From Cycas panzhihuaensis (lineage: Eukaryota; Plantae; Cycadophyta): a stretch of DNA of 64,000 bases. The stretch is from contig CM041465.1 of NCBI GenBank assembly GCA_023213395.1, positions 222,339,741 through 222,403,740 on the forward strand, given 5' to 3'. The notes under the pieces are model-generated. The model saw only the letters and a list, made by a program, of their open reading frames with translations. It did not search any database and had not been told where the DNA came from. The position numbers and the translations under genes were made by a program. Below, one piece after another: positions 28,275 through 43,453 of the stretch (the first letter of the stretch is position 1; every line of letters begins with the position of its first letter).

Positions 28275-29409
28275 GTTAGACTATTATGAAGAATGATCAT
28301 CTCTTCACTATAAGGATGGCCACTCTCTCCTATTCTTTTTTCGTTATCTAAGTCCCTAGGAGGTCTAGTTTTACCTTTGCTTATATGTGGCTATTGTTGA
28401 GCTTATTGTTCTTATATTTCTTTTTTTTTATTTTCCCTTGTTGGTCTTAAAGGAAAAATTAAAGAAGTCTGATTGCATGAAAGAGAGAAGGCCATCTTGG
28501 GGTAGGGATTTATCAATAGATTAAAAATTGTAAAAATTTGCTAGTATTATCTTGTTTGACTTCATTCTCTTTATTTCTTCTTATTTTAGAAAAGAAATTT
28601 GGATATATGAATGATATATCTTCACTGTGATTAAATCAGATGAGATTCAAGGATCCTATGGTCTCCAAAAGACTCCATTTGTGATGGAATCTCTCTATTT
28701 TCCTAGTTTATTTTTTATTTATGAATGGAGATTTAATTTTGATTGATTGTATGTAATTTTTGTGGTTTAAATATCATTCATAATAGGAAAAATATATCCT
28801 TAAGATCTCTCACTTTCTTTTGAATTCATTCTCCAAAAAAGTGCTTTACATTTAGAGAAAATAGTTTCTCTTTAATTCTTGGTGTTTTTGTTTTCATAAA
28901 AAGAAAACAAAGAAAAAGAAGTTACATGTGTAGTTAGCTTACTTACTTATTTATTGTAAAGAAGGTGGATAGACCTTAAAGTTTTATTATTTACTTTTGT
29001 GATTACATTTCATTTAAAATATATAAAAAATAAAAAGAAAAATCGTTCCATCACTTAACCCTTTTTCCTTCATTTTAGTAGAACTTTAAAGGTTGAAAGA
29101 ATAGGAGGAAAGGAGTCCCTAGGAAGGACATAAGATACATTGTTAGCATAATCCTAAATTCAAACTCCTCCATCTAATTACGTAGGTTAGTGGATTCTAA
29201 CACCCCCTTTATATCCTAGCCTTTCGTTACTTCATTCATATCCTAGTTAAACAACAAAATCAGGTGGAGACTCCTTCTTAAGAGTTGGAAAATGTGGTCC
29301 CTTTAGTTTCCTTAGGCTTCTTACCTCTTAGGTTAGACTTGAAACATAAGAAACATACTGCTAGTTAGGAGATATTTGATCTAGGTCTAACTGAAGCATG
29401 CTATCTTTC

Positions 29410-29429
29410 TTGTAACCATACTGGGGATC
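29410..29429 (+). promoter_or_regulatory. Degenerate tRNA-Arg-type PBS of B
   Basis: ttgtaaccatACTGGGGATC compared with TGGCGACTCCACTGGGGATC (the Arg PBS typical of Ogre/Tat), 6 nt after the LTR end. Confidence 0.6.
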
Positions 29430-29799
29430 ACTATTTTTTTTCTTATTTAAAGTGATAGAAACTACAACACCTACCCCAAGGTGATTGTTGAGACTTCTAG
29501 GTCTCCGATCTGATTTTCAAATATAACCCTCATATTTTGGTCATGAAGTTTCATCTTCTTAAATTGATTCTTTAAAATATCACATACATGATACTTATGT
29601 TTTTCCCCTCGAAGATTCAATCCAACTATATAAAATACTTATGAAGCAAGGGTACCTAGAGCCCTCTTAATTCCATGGTTATGCTTCATTTATAAACCTA
29701 TATTTTGCATAAGAAGAAATACTTCTTGCTCAAGCACATCCATTATATTTTGGGTTGGTTCTTACTAAGGTCACTACTCCTCTTCATATGCCTAGATGT

Positions 29800-32700
29800 T
29801 AAGACCCTTTTTATCTAAAGACTCATACTATGACATCCTCTCCACAACACCATCAATTTGATACATTGTATGAGGAATATGAGTTGATATAAGTTGAGCC
29901 TTCAGTTACCTCTAATGCCATTTGATCACCCTTACCTTCTCATCCTCCTTCACTAAGGCCTCATTCTCCTCCTTTAGAAGAGGTTAAAGATCATAAGTCA
30001 GTTCGCTTTCAACCTCTTCCTTCATCTTCTAGGTTACAAGTCTAGACCCATTCTCCTCATGTAGTACCCTCTACACATGAAGGTACCTCTACCATACCTA
30101 CTTAAGGTAACCTTAGTCCTTCCCATAACCCTACCTCTCATCAAGTAGGTCTACCTTCATTGACTTCACAACCTATCCATTCTCATCCCACTAGGTTAGT
30201 CCCTTCTCATCATGTTACATCTATTATTTAACCACCAGTTCAAGTAATCCATAAAGTTGCATCTCAAACTATTAGACCTCATACTTCTTCTCGTAGAGTG
30301 CCTAATGTAGTCTCTTCTTCCTAACAAGTTTCTCATACTCATCTTGTTCATCTTTATACTTTAGTCAGTTAATCTCAAGTTTTGGGGGTTCTTAACCCTA
30401 CTTCCTCATCGTAAGTTCTTAGATCCTCTTTATAACCAATCCCTTTTCCTTTATTTAACCCTATTCTTTCTCAATATCCTATGCCACAAACTAATTTTGT
30501 GGTTAATCCCGCAACTTGGTTTAACCCTTCATCCACTCTTCCATCCTATTCTTTGCCTTAATAACAATAACTTGTCCCTTCTACCACTTTATATCCATCA
30601 TCCTTGCCTCAATGTACCACCATGTTGAGGCTAAGGAAACCTTTTCTAGACTACATGAAGTTTCCCTTTCCATGTAAAGTCTTGTTATCTCCCATGCCTC
30701 CATTCCTTCCTAAGTTACCTAAATTTTTGGATGACTCGTCTCAAGACCCAACTTCACATATACAAGCATTTACACTTGTTTGTGTAGATTTCATACTATA
30801 TGATTATGCCACGATGTACTTATTTCCTAAATCACTTTAAGGTTATGGCTTAAAATAGTTTTATCAACTTTCCTCATCTTTTGTTCTGTCATTTCAATAG
30901 CTAGTTGATTCTTTTATTAACTATTTTGATATAGTAAGCCTTTTAAATCTAGCATCAAATCTCTTTTAGCTATCAAGAAAAATCACGATGAAACTTCTAG
31001 GAATTTTATGAGAAGGTTTTGAGACCAAGTGTATGCTTATCATTCATGTCTTAATCTTAGTCTCTTTTTCAATCTGTTTACTAATGCTTTGAGGCCACAC
31101 ACACATCTTAAAGTTCTTAAGCTTTGTCCTCAAACTTACAAAGAAGCTATTGATCGATGTTTGTCTTTAGAAATATTTAAAATTTAGGAAGGTGCTAAGA
31201 AAATTAGGAAACCTATTTCCTCTAAAGAAACTATTCAAACAAATAGGATTTCCCATCTTGAGCCCACTTATGATCACTTAACTTCTTCCATTAGATCACT
31301 GGAGTGTGCGATTAACACCAAGTTGCATGTTGATGGTCCTTCCCAAAATCAACCCTCTTAGGAGATAAAAGTAATTCACCTTACTGAAGGAAGGAAGAAA
31401 TAATCTCGTCCTCCACCTCCTCCTTCTTTCAGGAAGACTAAGTGGTGTCCTTAACCATCAAATAGACATCCATGATAGAAGTGAATGTCATACAATCCAA
31501 ACTATAAATCAAAATATGAATGTTCAAGTAAACCATCCTTCCAAGACATTCCAAGACTAAATGATTTGTAAATATCCCTTACCTTAACATAAGGATAAAG
31601 GAAACAAGGATGATAAGGGAAAGGAAAATTAGGTTTAAGGTGATTAAGATGAGCCTTCTAGTGCTAATTCATTTAAGAAGGCTACTACTCCCCCTAATCC
31701 TTCAACAAAATAAACTAGTAATTAAGCTTTCCCACCTCTCAAAGGTGGTGAGACTAAGAGAACAATTAACATAGTGGAGACTACAAAGAATGCATACCCA
31801 TCTATATCATCTAATGATTCAATGGTAAAGAACCCTAACTCTTTACCACTTATACCCCCATATCCCATCAGGTTTAGATTCATTTCTTTCAGTATAAAGG
31901 ATAGATCATTCTCTTTGGTTTATGAGTTAAAGACTGTTCCTACTGGTATTTCAATTATAGATTTTCTAAGGTGTTGCCCTAAGTAATGTTATCTCTTATT
32001 TGATGTGTTGGGAGTTCCTGTTATAGTCTCTTCATCCACTTCTATACTTTCTTTTGACCTAGCCACCTTACCTATTCATACCACTCATGTTCCAAATGGC
32101 ATACCTCCATTTTATATTGAGATAATAAAGGATGACATCAACATTAATCATGCCATCATTGATAAGGGATCTTTTGTTAATGTAATTCCTCTTTGTCTTG
32201 TTAAGGATCTAAAAATTTTAGTCTTTGATGCATGTAAGTAGATTTATCAGAGATATGATAAAAATAAAAAAGTACCCCTTGGTCAAGTGACTCTTCCCCT
32301 AACCCTAAAAGAAAATATTGTTCTTACTAAATTGACCATCATTGATCTCTATTTAGAATATAACATCTTTTTGGGTAGACTATGGATTACCCAAATGACT
32401 GTTGTTTGTTCTTCACTTTTTGGTGAACTTAGGTTCATCCATGAGGGACAATTAAAAATTATAAGATAAAAACTGAAACCTATTAAATAATTAATCCCAC
32501 TTGTTGAGATCTTTTTTTAGCATGGTGAGTCATCTAACTCTTTAGAGTATTTATTTCAACTATTAGGTTTAAACCAATACTTCACCATTGGAACTCCTCC
32601 TCCTCAAGGAGAAATAGGATATTGATTTGGTGGAGATTGTCCCTATTTCATAAGGTTCCTCATCCACTCTTCATTCTTTGGGTCTGACTTATTAATCTTT

Positions 32701-35700
32701 AGTTTCCTCTTCTTCCTTTAATGAAGAAACAACTTCACATTCTATTACACCTTATGAGGAAATGCCTGTGAGTGAAATTATTGATTCAAATATTCCTCCC
32801 TCTACTTAGAGACATTTCTCACAAGTCTTGTGTTTGCCTTTAATGACATATGCTTTAGTCTCTTCCACTATAAATGATTCTTCAATTAGTTATATGATTT
32901 CTCTTTTATATGATGTGCATATTAATGGCATGCCTCTCTTTTCTCAGTCTCCTCCTTTTACTATCTGGTTAAATAAACATGACAAAAAGATGTTGTTGCA
33001 TAAGTACTTAGACTTAAAATCAAATAGTGAGGTTATTAATTCATGTGATATACTTCAAAGGAACAAAAGTACCTCCACTCGAGTACAATAAGTGAATTTA
33101 GTTTCTACTATTTCTTTTTCTTCTCATCCTTCTGTGGATGCTTCTCCATCATCCCTCATCTTGATGTCTTTGTCTATTCAAGATTATTATTTTTATCATC
33201 AAGAATTTGAAAAAATATTTACATCAACTTGGGAATTTATTAATAAACCTATTCCTTTCTCTTAAGTTTTTTTAATTATTGAGTTTGTTCCCACCTATCC
33301 AGACTCTTTGGTTAATTATCCCTTACATTTTAAGCCCTCTTCTTGGTCTATTGATCTACAAAGGAATTTAATCCTCATCAATCTTTTTCAATTAAATCAC
33401 TTTGAAAATGATGAGGTAATTCTTAAACATTTAGTGGGATCATCTTCTAATCTTCCCTCTGGATATCATAGGTTGGGATTTTCAAAGGTAGTGTGACCTA
33501 ATTCATATTAGTTGATCATTCTTGACCTCAAGAGATAGTTTCTCTTATAGAGCTTTCTCCTCCTCATTTTGAAGAGGGAAAAACTATGCTCATAGATCAA
33601 ACTATAGATGTTGACTTAGAAATGGGTGATACCCCTAAGATTATTAAGTTAGAAGATAGTTGTACTTCTCAAAAGATCACTCAATTTAAGCATCTCTTTC
33701 ATGAGTTCCATTCATTTTTCACTTGGGACTATAATGATATGTATGGTCTCGATCCCCAAGTCATTGAACATAATATCACTCTCACTCCTAGCATTAAACC
33801 TAAATGCCAAAAATAGTGACCCATTCAACCATATCTTTCTATTATTATCAAATAAGGAGTGAAGAAGTTATTAAGAGCTAGATTCATTGAGAATGCACAT
33901 TATTCTTAATGGATTTCTAATATAGTTCTAGTTACAAAGAAAAATAGTTCAATTTGAATCTATATTAACTTTTGGGACATTGATGATACTTGTACTAAGG
34001 ATAATTTTCCTCTCCTTTTTCTTGATTATATTTGGGATGAAATGACTAGTTCCAAGGTGATATCCCTTATGGATGGTTTTTTTGACTATAATTAGATTTA
34101 CATCACACCATGAGATTATCATAAGACTACATTCACCACTCCTTGGGGCATTTTTGTATATAAGGTCATGCCCTCTGGATTGAAAAATACTAGTGCTATT
34201 TATCAAAGAGTAATGGTTCATATTTTCCATGATTTAATCAATAATATTATTGTTGTCTACTTATATAATATGCTTGCTCTTTCTCACAAAATACATGATC
34301 ATGTGAATGATCTAAGAATAATCTTTAAAAGATGTATAAAATATCATTTATGTCTTAATCCATCTATATCTATATTTGTTGTGATATCAAGAGGAATGCT
34401 AGGTAACATTGCCTCCCATGATGGGATTAGAATAGATCTTGACAAAATAAGGGTAATTATTGATGTGCCCCCTCCTAAAAATAAAAAATAGATCAAATCT
34501 TTTTAGGTAGATTTGGATTTTAAGATGTTTTATTGCCAATTTTTCTTTAGATTTTAAGCCTATTACTAAATCTTTTAAAGAAAGATGTTGAATTGTAGTG
34601 GACTCCTCAAGTTTAGGAATCTTTTGATAAATTAAAGTGAGCTTTGATTTTAGCACCTATGCTTTCCCCATTGAGATTTAACAAACATTTTATCCTGTAT
34701 TCCTCTATAGAAGAATCATTAGTAGGTATATTGGCACAAGAGGACAACTTTGATAAGGAATAAGTAATCTACTTCATTAGTAGGACTTTAATGGTTATTG
34801 AACTTCATTATCATTTTCCTAAAAAGGAATGTCTTTCTTTAATCTTTGCCACCAAGAAGTCATGATACTATCTTCTTGGAAATAAGTTCCATCTTATTGT
34901 CCAATCCAATCCTACCAGATATTTACTTATCAAAACTAACCTTATTGGATGGTTAAGTAAATGGTCCTTATTACTACAAGAATTTGAATTTCAAATTATC
35001 AATAGAAAATTTAAGAAAGACATGGTCATTATAAAGATCGTGGTTGAGGTTCCTCTTTCCAACCCTTCTAATCAACCTACTGATGATACTCTCCCAAATG
35101 AGCATATCCTCTATGTCTAGGTTGTCCCTTTTAAAAATTCCTGGTATGGAGAAATTAAATCATACCCTCACAACTAATCTTTCCCTTCTTCCTCTACATC
35201 CAAGAAGAGAAGATGAATTCAAGCCACTGGTAGGCAATATCTCTTGCTTGAGGGCATACTTTATAAATATTCTTTTGATGGAATTCTATTAATATGCCTT
35301 TTCCCCAATGAAATACTTTTATCCTTGATAGAATGCCATGAAGGAATGTGTGGTGGACACATTGGTGACTGATCTATGGCCGAATGTATTCTTCATATGG
35401 GTTATTATTAGCCCATTTTATTTAAAGACGCTCACGCTTAAGTACAAAAATGTAAAAGGTGGCAATCCCATGCAACCTTAATACACAAACCTACACAAGA
35501 ATTAAAATTGATTATCTCACCTTGGCCTTTCTCCCAATGGGATTTTGATTTCATTATTCAAATTTTTTTGATATCTTCTAACAGTCATAAGTTTATTATC
35601 ATTGCAACTAAATACTTTACTAAGTGGAGCAAAGCTATTATGTTAGTCACTGCTACTGGAAAGGTGGTTGTTACATTTATCTTTCAATATATAATTTATA

Positions 35701-36387
35701 GATTTGGGGTGCTAGATATTATTATTACTGGTAATAGGACTTCAATGTATAATCCCCATATCAATGAGTTATGTAATAAATTTCATATTACTCATAGATT
35801 ATAAGCCCCTTATCACCCTTAGTCGAATGGCCAAGTTGAGACCTTCAATAAGACTTTAGCTAAGATTTTGGCTCAAATGGTCACAACCTCTCATAAAGAT
35901 TGATATGTTCAATTATTTCTAGTGTTATGGGCTTATAAAACCTCAATTAGAAATGCTACAAGCATTATACCATTCTCTCTAGTTTATGGTGTTGCAGAAA
36001 TCCTCCCATTAGAAGTTGAGATTCCTTCTTTACGTGTCTCATTGAAAGAATTTATCCATGAAGAATTCCAAAGGGAAGTATGTCTCTTGGAACATGAAAA
36101 AAGTAGATAAGTCTCATTTGCAAGCATTATAAAATAATATAGTATCTAAAGCTAAAGTTTAGGCTGGTCATGATAGCCAACTTAGACCTAGATAGTTCCA
36201 TGTTAGTGATAAAGTTTTAAAGTTAGAGTACCTCCACGATAAATAATGAAAGCTTTCTCCTAAGTGGGCTAGCCCTTATCTAATAATTAAAGATTTAAAT
36301 AACAAAACCTATCAAATCTCAACAATGGAAGGCTTGGAATTCAAAAAGCCTATAAACTCTCAGTATTTGAGGAAGTTTTATACCTAG
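29800..36387 (+). pseudogene. Element B gag-pol (Pro/Ser-rich N-terminus, Gag, PR, RT, RH, INT); start approximate
   Basis: Gag LPKF...DPTSHIQAF...LFPKSL; PR AIIDKGSFVNV...LGRLWI; RT FTWDY.DM.GLDP...EH and MPSGLKN..A.YQR; INT PWPFSQW..DF...KYFTKW and LWAYKTS...PFSLVYG; stop at 36385-36387. No archaeal-type RNase H visible between RH and INT. Confidence 0.9.
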
Positions 36388-37823
36388 TGGTATTCTCGGT
36401 CTCTACAATGAGGATAAACTATGCATATGAATTCTTTTGTTGCCTAATGAGCTAAAACTATGGGAATTTCCTTTTCTCATCCTCTCTTAAGTTGTTCTTA
36501 TTTTTATAAAATATTTTACTCATGATCATATAAGTCTATTTCTCCCTTTAGCATTTGAATTGATTGTGAGTACTCTTCTTCAAGGTTATTCGTCTTTTTC
36601 TCTTTTAAGCTCCATACTTAAGAGATAATTCAAGCCCTTAGCTTTGTAATTTATCCTCATCCTTGAAAAGAGAGACTTGGTCGTCAACTTCAGATACTTT
36701 ATTAGTTACTCGGATCATACCTCTACTTACTAGCCCCTTATTCTGAGGATTTTGACTTGGTCATTCATCATCCTTTTTTTGTTCCTCTTTTCCTTATCCT
36801 TGGTTCTCTCTATCTACAATTTGATTTCCTCTTTTTCCTATGGTTCAATCCTTAATGAGATTAGTTTCTTATTTTATTTTGGTTCTGTTGAAAAGGATAA
36901 ATCCTTGTTGTACTGAGTAAAAGAACTTCATAATTGGATAGTTATAAGTCTTTTCTTATATCAAAAAAAAAAAAAAGAGTGAAAGGTTGAGGTTTATTCT
37001 AAAAAAAATAAATTGATTAAAAAATATACAAAAAATGGAAGATATATTATTATCATCCTCTTGTAATCAGGGGCCACATGATGACTTCATCCCCACTTAT
37101 CTACATAATAGGTTGGATTCATTTGGATGAGTCATTCAGGATGTTCGAGTCTAACTACTTGGGTCCACCATACCCTTAGTTACGATCAAACCCTACTTAA
37201 CACCTTTTATTCTTGATTGATTATGGTTATCCTAATTATGATTTTTCTTTTTTGTCTCTATAGTTAGAACTAACCTTACCCACTACTGTCTCCTTATTAA
37301 ATGATTCCCATGGCATTAAGTATTTTCACTAATGGAGGTAGTAGAGGTAACCTAAAGACCGTCAGCTACTACTTGGGTGATCTATGACCAATTAGGAAGT
37401 CCTCTCCTCTCTACTAGCCTATTTATACCTAAAGAAACTAATAATAAAGTTGAATATTCTGCCATTATAAGAGACTTATATAATATTTTTTATCATTCTC
37501 TTAGACCCATTATTATATATGTTGATTCTTAGATTGTAGTCTATTAGTTAGTTGGGATATATCATGTGCACTCTTCATGACTCCTTCTCCTTCACCATCA
37601 GGCTTTATCATTGATGTCATTATTTTCTTTGGTCATTATTGAGTACATTCCTTAGACATTTAATACTAAAGCTAACACTCTTGTTTCTTTTATCTTGGAT
37701 GATTATCTCAATTGACTCTTGTCTTTAGTTCGAGGTACCCCACTCTAGAATGAGTATAAACTACCATGTATATATTAATTAAAAATTAAAAATATATATA
37801 ACGACAAAAGAACAAAAAGAGGA

Positions 37824-39684
<1,861 letters not shown>

Positions 39685-39849
39685 TTATATATTTTTATAG
39701 ATCTTTACACTAATGAATATATATTATATTTAATTTATAAAAAGGAGATAAGGAGGGAAAGAATTCAAAGTCAATCATCCATTATGCACAAGTTTTAAGG
39801 GAAAATAATCATTATATATACACAAAAGAATATATTAGATCTGTAACTC

Positions 39850-41649
39850 ATGTGATTTATGATATATCTAAGGCCCATAAAATACCTCATATCCCCATCC
39901 TATCCTCTCTATACATATAAAATATAATCATCTCTATGAATCCTAGTGAGGTCTCTCATGTGCTCCTGGCTATGTCCTTTCTCATCTATTTAAAGTCAGT
40001 CCATGTATTAACTCCCTATGTGGTGGAAGATGTCACTCCTACTAAATTGTAGTACTCCCAAATGGAGTAGCGCACACTCCTACCTATGCCAATTTCATCC
40101 TACATAATAAATATCTCTCATTCTTTGTGGCCTTGATCTCTAACTCTTAAAGTCTCAACTCCATCCTTATGTCTAAGAACATGTCTTAAGCCTATAATGC
40201 ACAACCAAGGTACTCAATCTGGTGTCTAATAGTATTTGATCTACCATGTTCCATGTTGGAGCCTCCTCCAATACAGGCACATAGAGGAATATCAACTCTA
40301 GAATTCTCCTCACCTTTAAGAGAATCATACTCTCCTTACCTATCCATAGAAAACATATAAATCATGATTAGTCTTTTATATAAAGGGTAGATAATTAATA
40401 AAAATATATATAATTGAACTTTTTCTTAAAAAAAAAAAATGTTGAATGACAATTAACTAATATACCTGTTAGCTCATTTCCTCCTATTGGATTTTCCATC
40501 ATCTTCTCCTCTGGTTGTGAGACTCCCTCTCCCTAAGGCTCTTGTGGAGCCTCCTAGGTAGGCTCCCCCTCTCCTCCTCTACTCTTACCTCCTCCTCTTC
40601 CCTACTCATCTGTTGAGCTTAGCTCCATACTTTGTATGGACCCTCCTCTCCCTCCACTTAGTGCTCCACCTATCCTCTCAAGCACCTGCATACTCCCTCC
40701 CTCTCCTGTATTAGTTGATGCCTCTCCTCTCCCACCTTAACCCATCTCATGTCAACTACCATCTATACCTCCTCTGCCTCCTCTCTCTCTCTCCTTTTAT
40801 CTTTCCCTCCACTAGCGATAGGGGTCTCTCCTACTTCTCTCTCAACTATATTAACCTTATTATCACTCTACACTGGTAGCCCCTCATATGTATCCTCTAC
40901 TAATTGTCTCATAGTCATACGACTCAATAGGGGACTATGTGTACTCACCATGATGGCTATCTTGTTATGGATCGAAGCTCTTATGTGCCATCTATTCATT
41001 CATGGATCCATGATTGTTAGCCCTCTTAGTACTCCTCCTAACCACATCAAGGGAATATAATCATATAGCCAATACATTAAGATGGAGCTATAAGAAAATA
41101 CTCCTCTTCTTTGCCTCCTAATCCTCGATAATTAAAGGCATATACTGTTAACTATGTATTGCCTCCAATTTATTTGAACTCCCTACTTACATCACCTCAC
41201 CACTCATGCCTACTGAGATAGAACCCCTATGAATTTTTAGGTTCTAGTAATCTTGAATATGATGATAAGAGTGATGATCCTCTATATATAAGGAATCCCC
41301 TCTACTATCTATATAGCCTCAATAGATATACCATGAGGACCAAACTGGTTAGAAAATCTAGTTAGATACTGACTGTAGGTCTCTTGAGACTCATAATCAA
41401 CTACCCTACTAAGTCTAATCCTCTCCCTATGCCAACTCACTTCCAATATCCTCCCCAGATTCCTTAGAGTAATCTATATATATCTCTAATCACCCATACT
41501 CTAAAAACATTCCTCCTTGGAATCTAATAGCTAACAAAATCATGTAACAACTCATATTCCATTACCAATTGGGTCAATCCACTCACTCCAGATGGCATAA
41601 TCTCCCTTATCTAGCTAACCAACTAGCTCTCTAATAGGTAATGCTTCAT
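39850..41649 (-). pseudogene. Antisense accessory gene of B: plant mobile domain (PMD)-like region plus an E/R/G-rich tail, with a probable intron at 40340-40465
   Basis: Manual translation gives YELLHDFVSY(W)IPRRNVFRV..ITLRNLGRILEV...GVQINWRQYIVNSICL.LSRI...FSYSSILMYWLYDYIP...P(R)MNRW, matching the PMD (PF10536-type) motif order. Intron: CAG|GTATAT...GACTAAT...TAG|G. The 3' end is approximate. Confidence 0.7.
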
Positions 41650-43453
41650 TTTCTCATGTATTTACTCGCTCTAAAGGTTGTATCATATAGAAATAATTGT
41701 ATTAGACTTTAATTTTTCATTTTTATAAAAGTTATAATTTTTTATTTTTTTCTTTTCAAAATTAAAAACATAATGAGTCAATAAAAAATGTAATTATCTA
41801 TTTAAAAATCTGACTATATAGTCAAATATGTGATCTTCTAATTTCACTATTATACTATTAAATCATGTTTTTAATAATATCACCATGTTTTTTGTGCTAT
41901 TTCTACTTCTTTTACTCTGTGAAATCACATTTTTGGTTTAAAAAATGAGTTAAAAAAAATTATAAAGGAAACTCACCAGATATCTTGCTTCTCACTGCAT
42001 CTTATATATATCCACCTTCTAGAGCTAATCTTTTACCTGAATAGCCTAAGATCACCTCAAAAATTGATTGATAAGGTCCTCTGGGTAGTTATTTTCCCAA
42101 CTCCCTCTCGTAAAAATGAAATTAAAATTACTCATTTTTCTTTTGATAAGAGAGGGCCCCTTTCTCTTCTTTTTGGTAAATTTTTTTCTTTCATCCATTA
42201 AGCTTATCCAGGTAAATCCTATCCTTTTATAGCCATTATTCTTGGATAAAATCTCCCTAAAATAGAAAATGATATGTCTTTTATCCATTAGGGTTAATAA
42301 TTAGCCTTAATTGGCTTGTCTTTTATGGAACATTTTGGAGACCTAAATATAAGAGATATCATTCATTTTAATTATTATTTTAACTCTTATCTTAGCCTCC
42401 AAAACACTTCGATCCCTTTTACTTATTAAAGAGTCTAAACTATGACATGGAACACTTTGAAATCTAATTGTTGATGAGCTTAAACTACAACAATTACGCT
42501 TCAAATTCTTCCATCCTGTTAACAAGCTTAAACTATGATGGAAGGGTCCAAAGTTTCACCTACCAATGAGTTGAAACTAGGGTAGTCCAAGGCTCTAAAG
42601 AGTCACCTATTAATGAGCCCAAAAAATTATAGCAGTCCCTTCTTTTTGCTCTGACAAAAAGACCTTTCCTCCAAAACTTTGGTCATTGAAATATAAACTA
42701 TGACCATTTAGGTTTGTAAAGTCCCATCTAGTTCATGGACATTTGGTGTCATTCTTTTGTTGGGTGAGTGTAAACCCAATTTGTTTGGGTAAACACTTAT
42801 ATAGAATCTCTTTAGCTTGTTATTTTAGAAATATTAAGGTCTATTTAGTTTGATTCTAGTAACTCTTATAGACTAGTTCTCCATCATTTATATACCTCAT
42901 TCTAATTTTTTTACTCTTTGATTGAAATTACTTGAACATATTGTTGTCACTTTTCACTGTCTTACTTCCCTTTTAAAGTAGAAGCTTAGGTGCCAAGGGG
43001 GAAAAATGTTTCCCTAAAACCTGGCTCTTAATTGATCCACATCACCTTTAACAAGCTTATTTTGTTACTTTTGTTTGATATAATTAATAAACACTTATTT
43101 TATGAAGTATTAGGCCATGCTTTGATAAAATATGATCATGTTGTTTACTAGATGATGTATGTTGGATGATGATGATGTATTATATATTCTGTCACTATTA
43201 TAAACCTAGTTCATAACTTGGGGATAATTACCAAATGTAATAGAGAGCACACTAGCACATTGAAGGAATTGATAGTGAAAAGACCAAATAGTTTAATTGA
43301 TAAAATATGAATGATGTTTACAATATATTGATGGCCATATTTATAGGTATAAGAGGCCCTTTTCATCAAAAGTCACATCCTTTCAACATGTCCATTCGAT
43401 AAAATATAATTAACTAATTACATTTTAAGGAGGTTTATAACAATTCCTCTCCC

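Larger units (their letters stand above)
23178..29403 (+). repeat. 5' LTR of B (about 2202 bp, interrupted by C)
   Basis: Segments 23178-24255 and 28280-29403 align with 43007-43195, 50176-51279 and 56380-57391. Confidence 0.9.
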
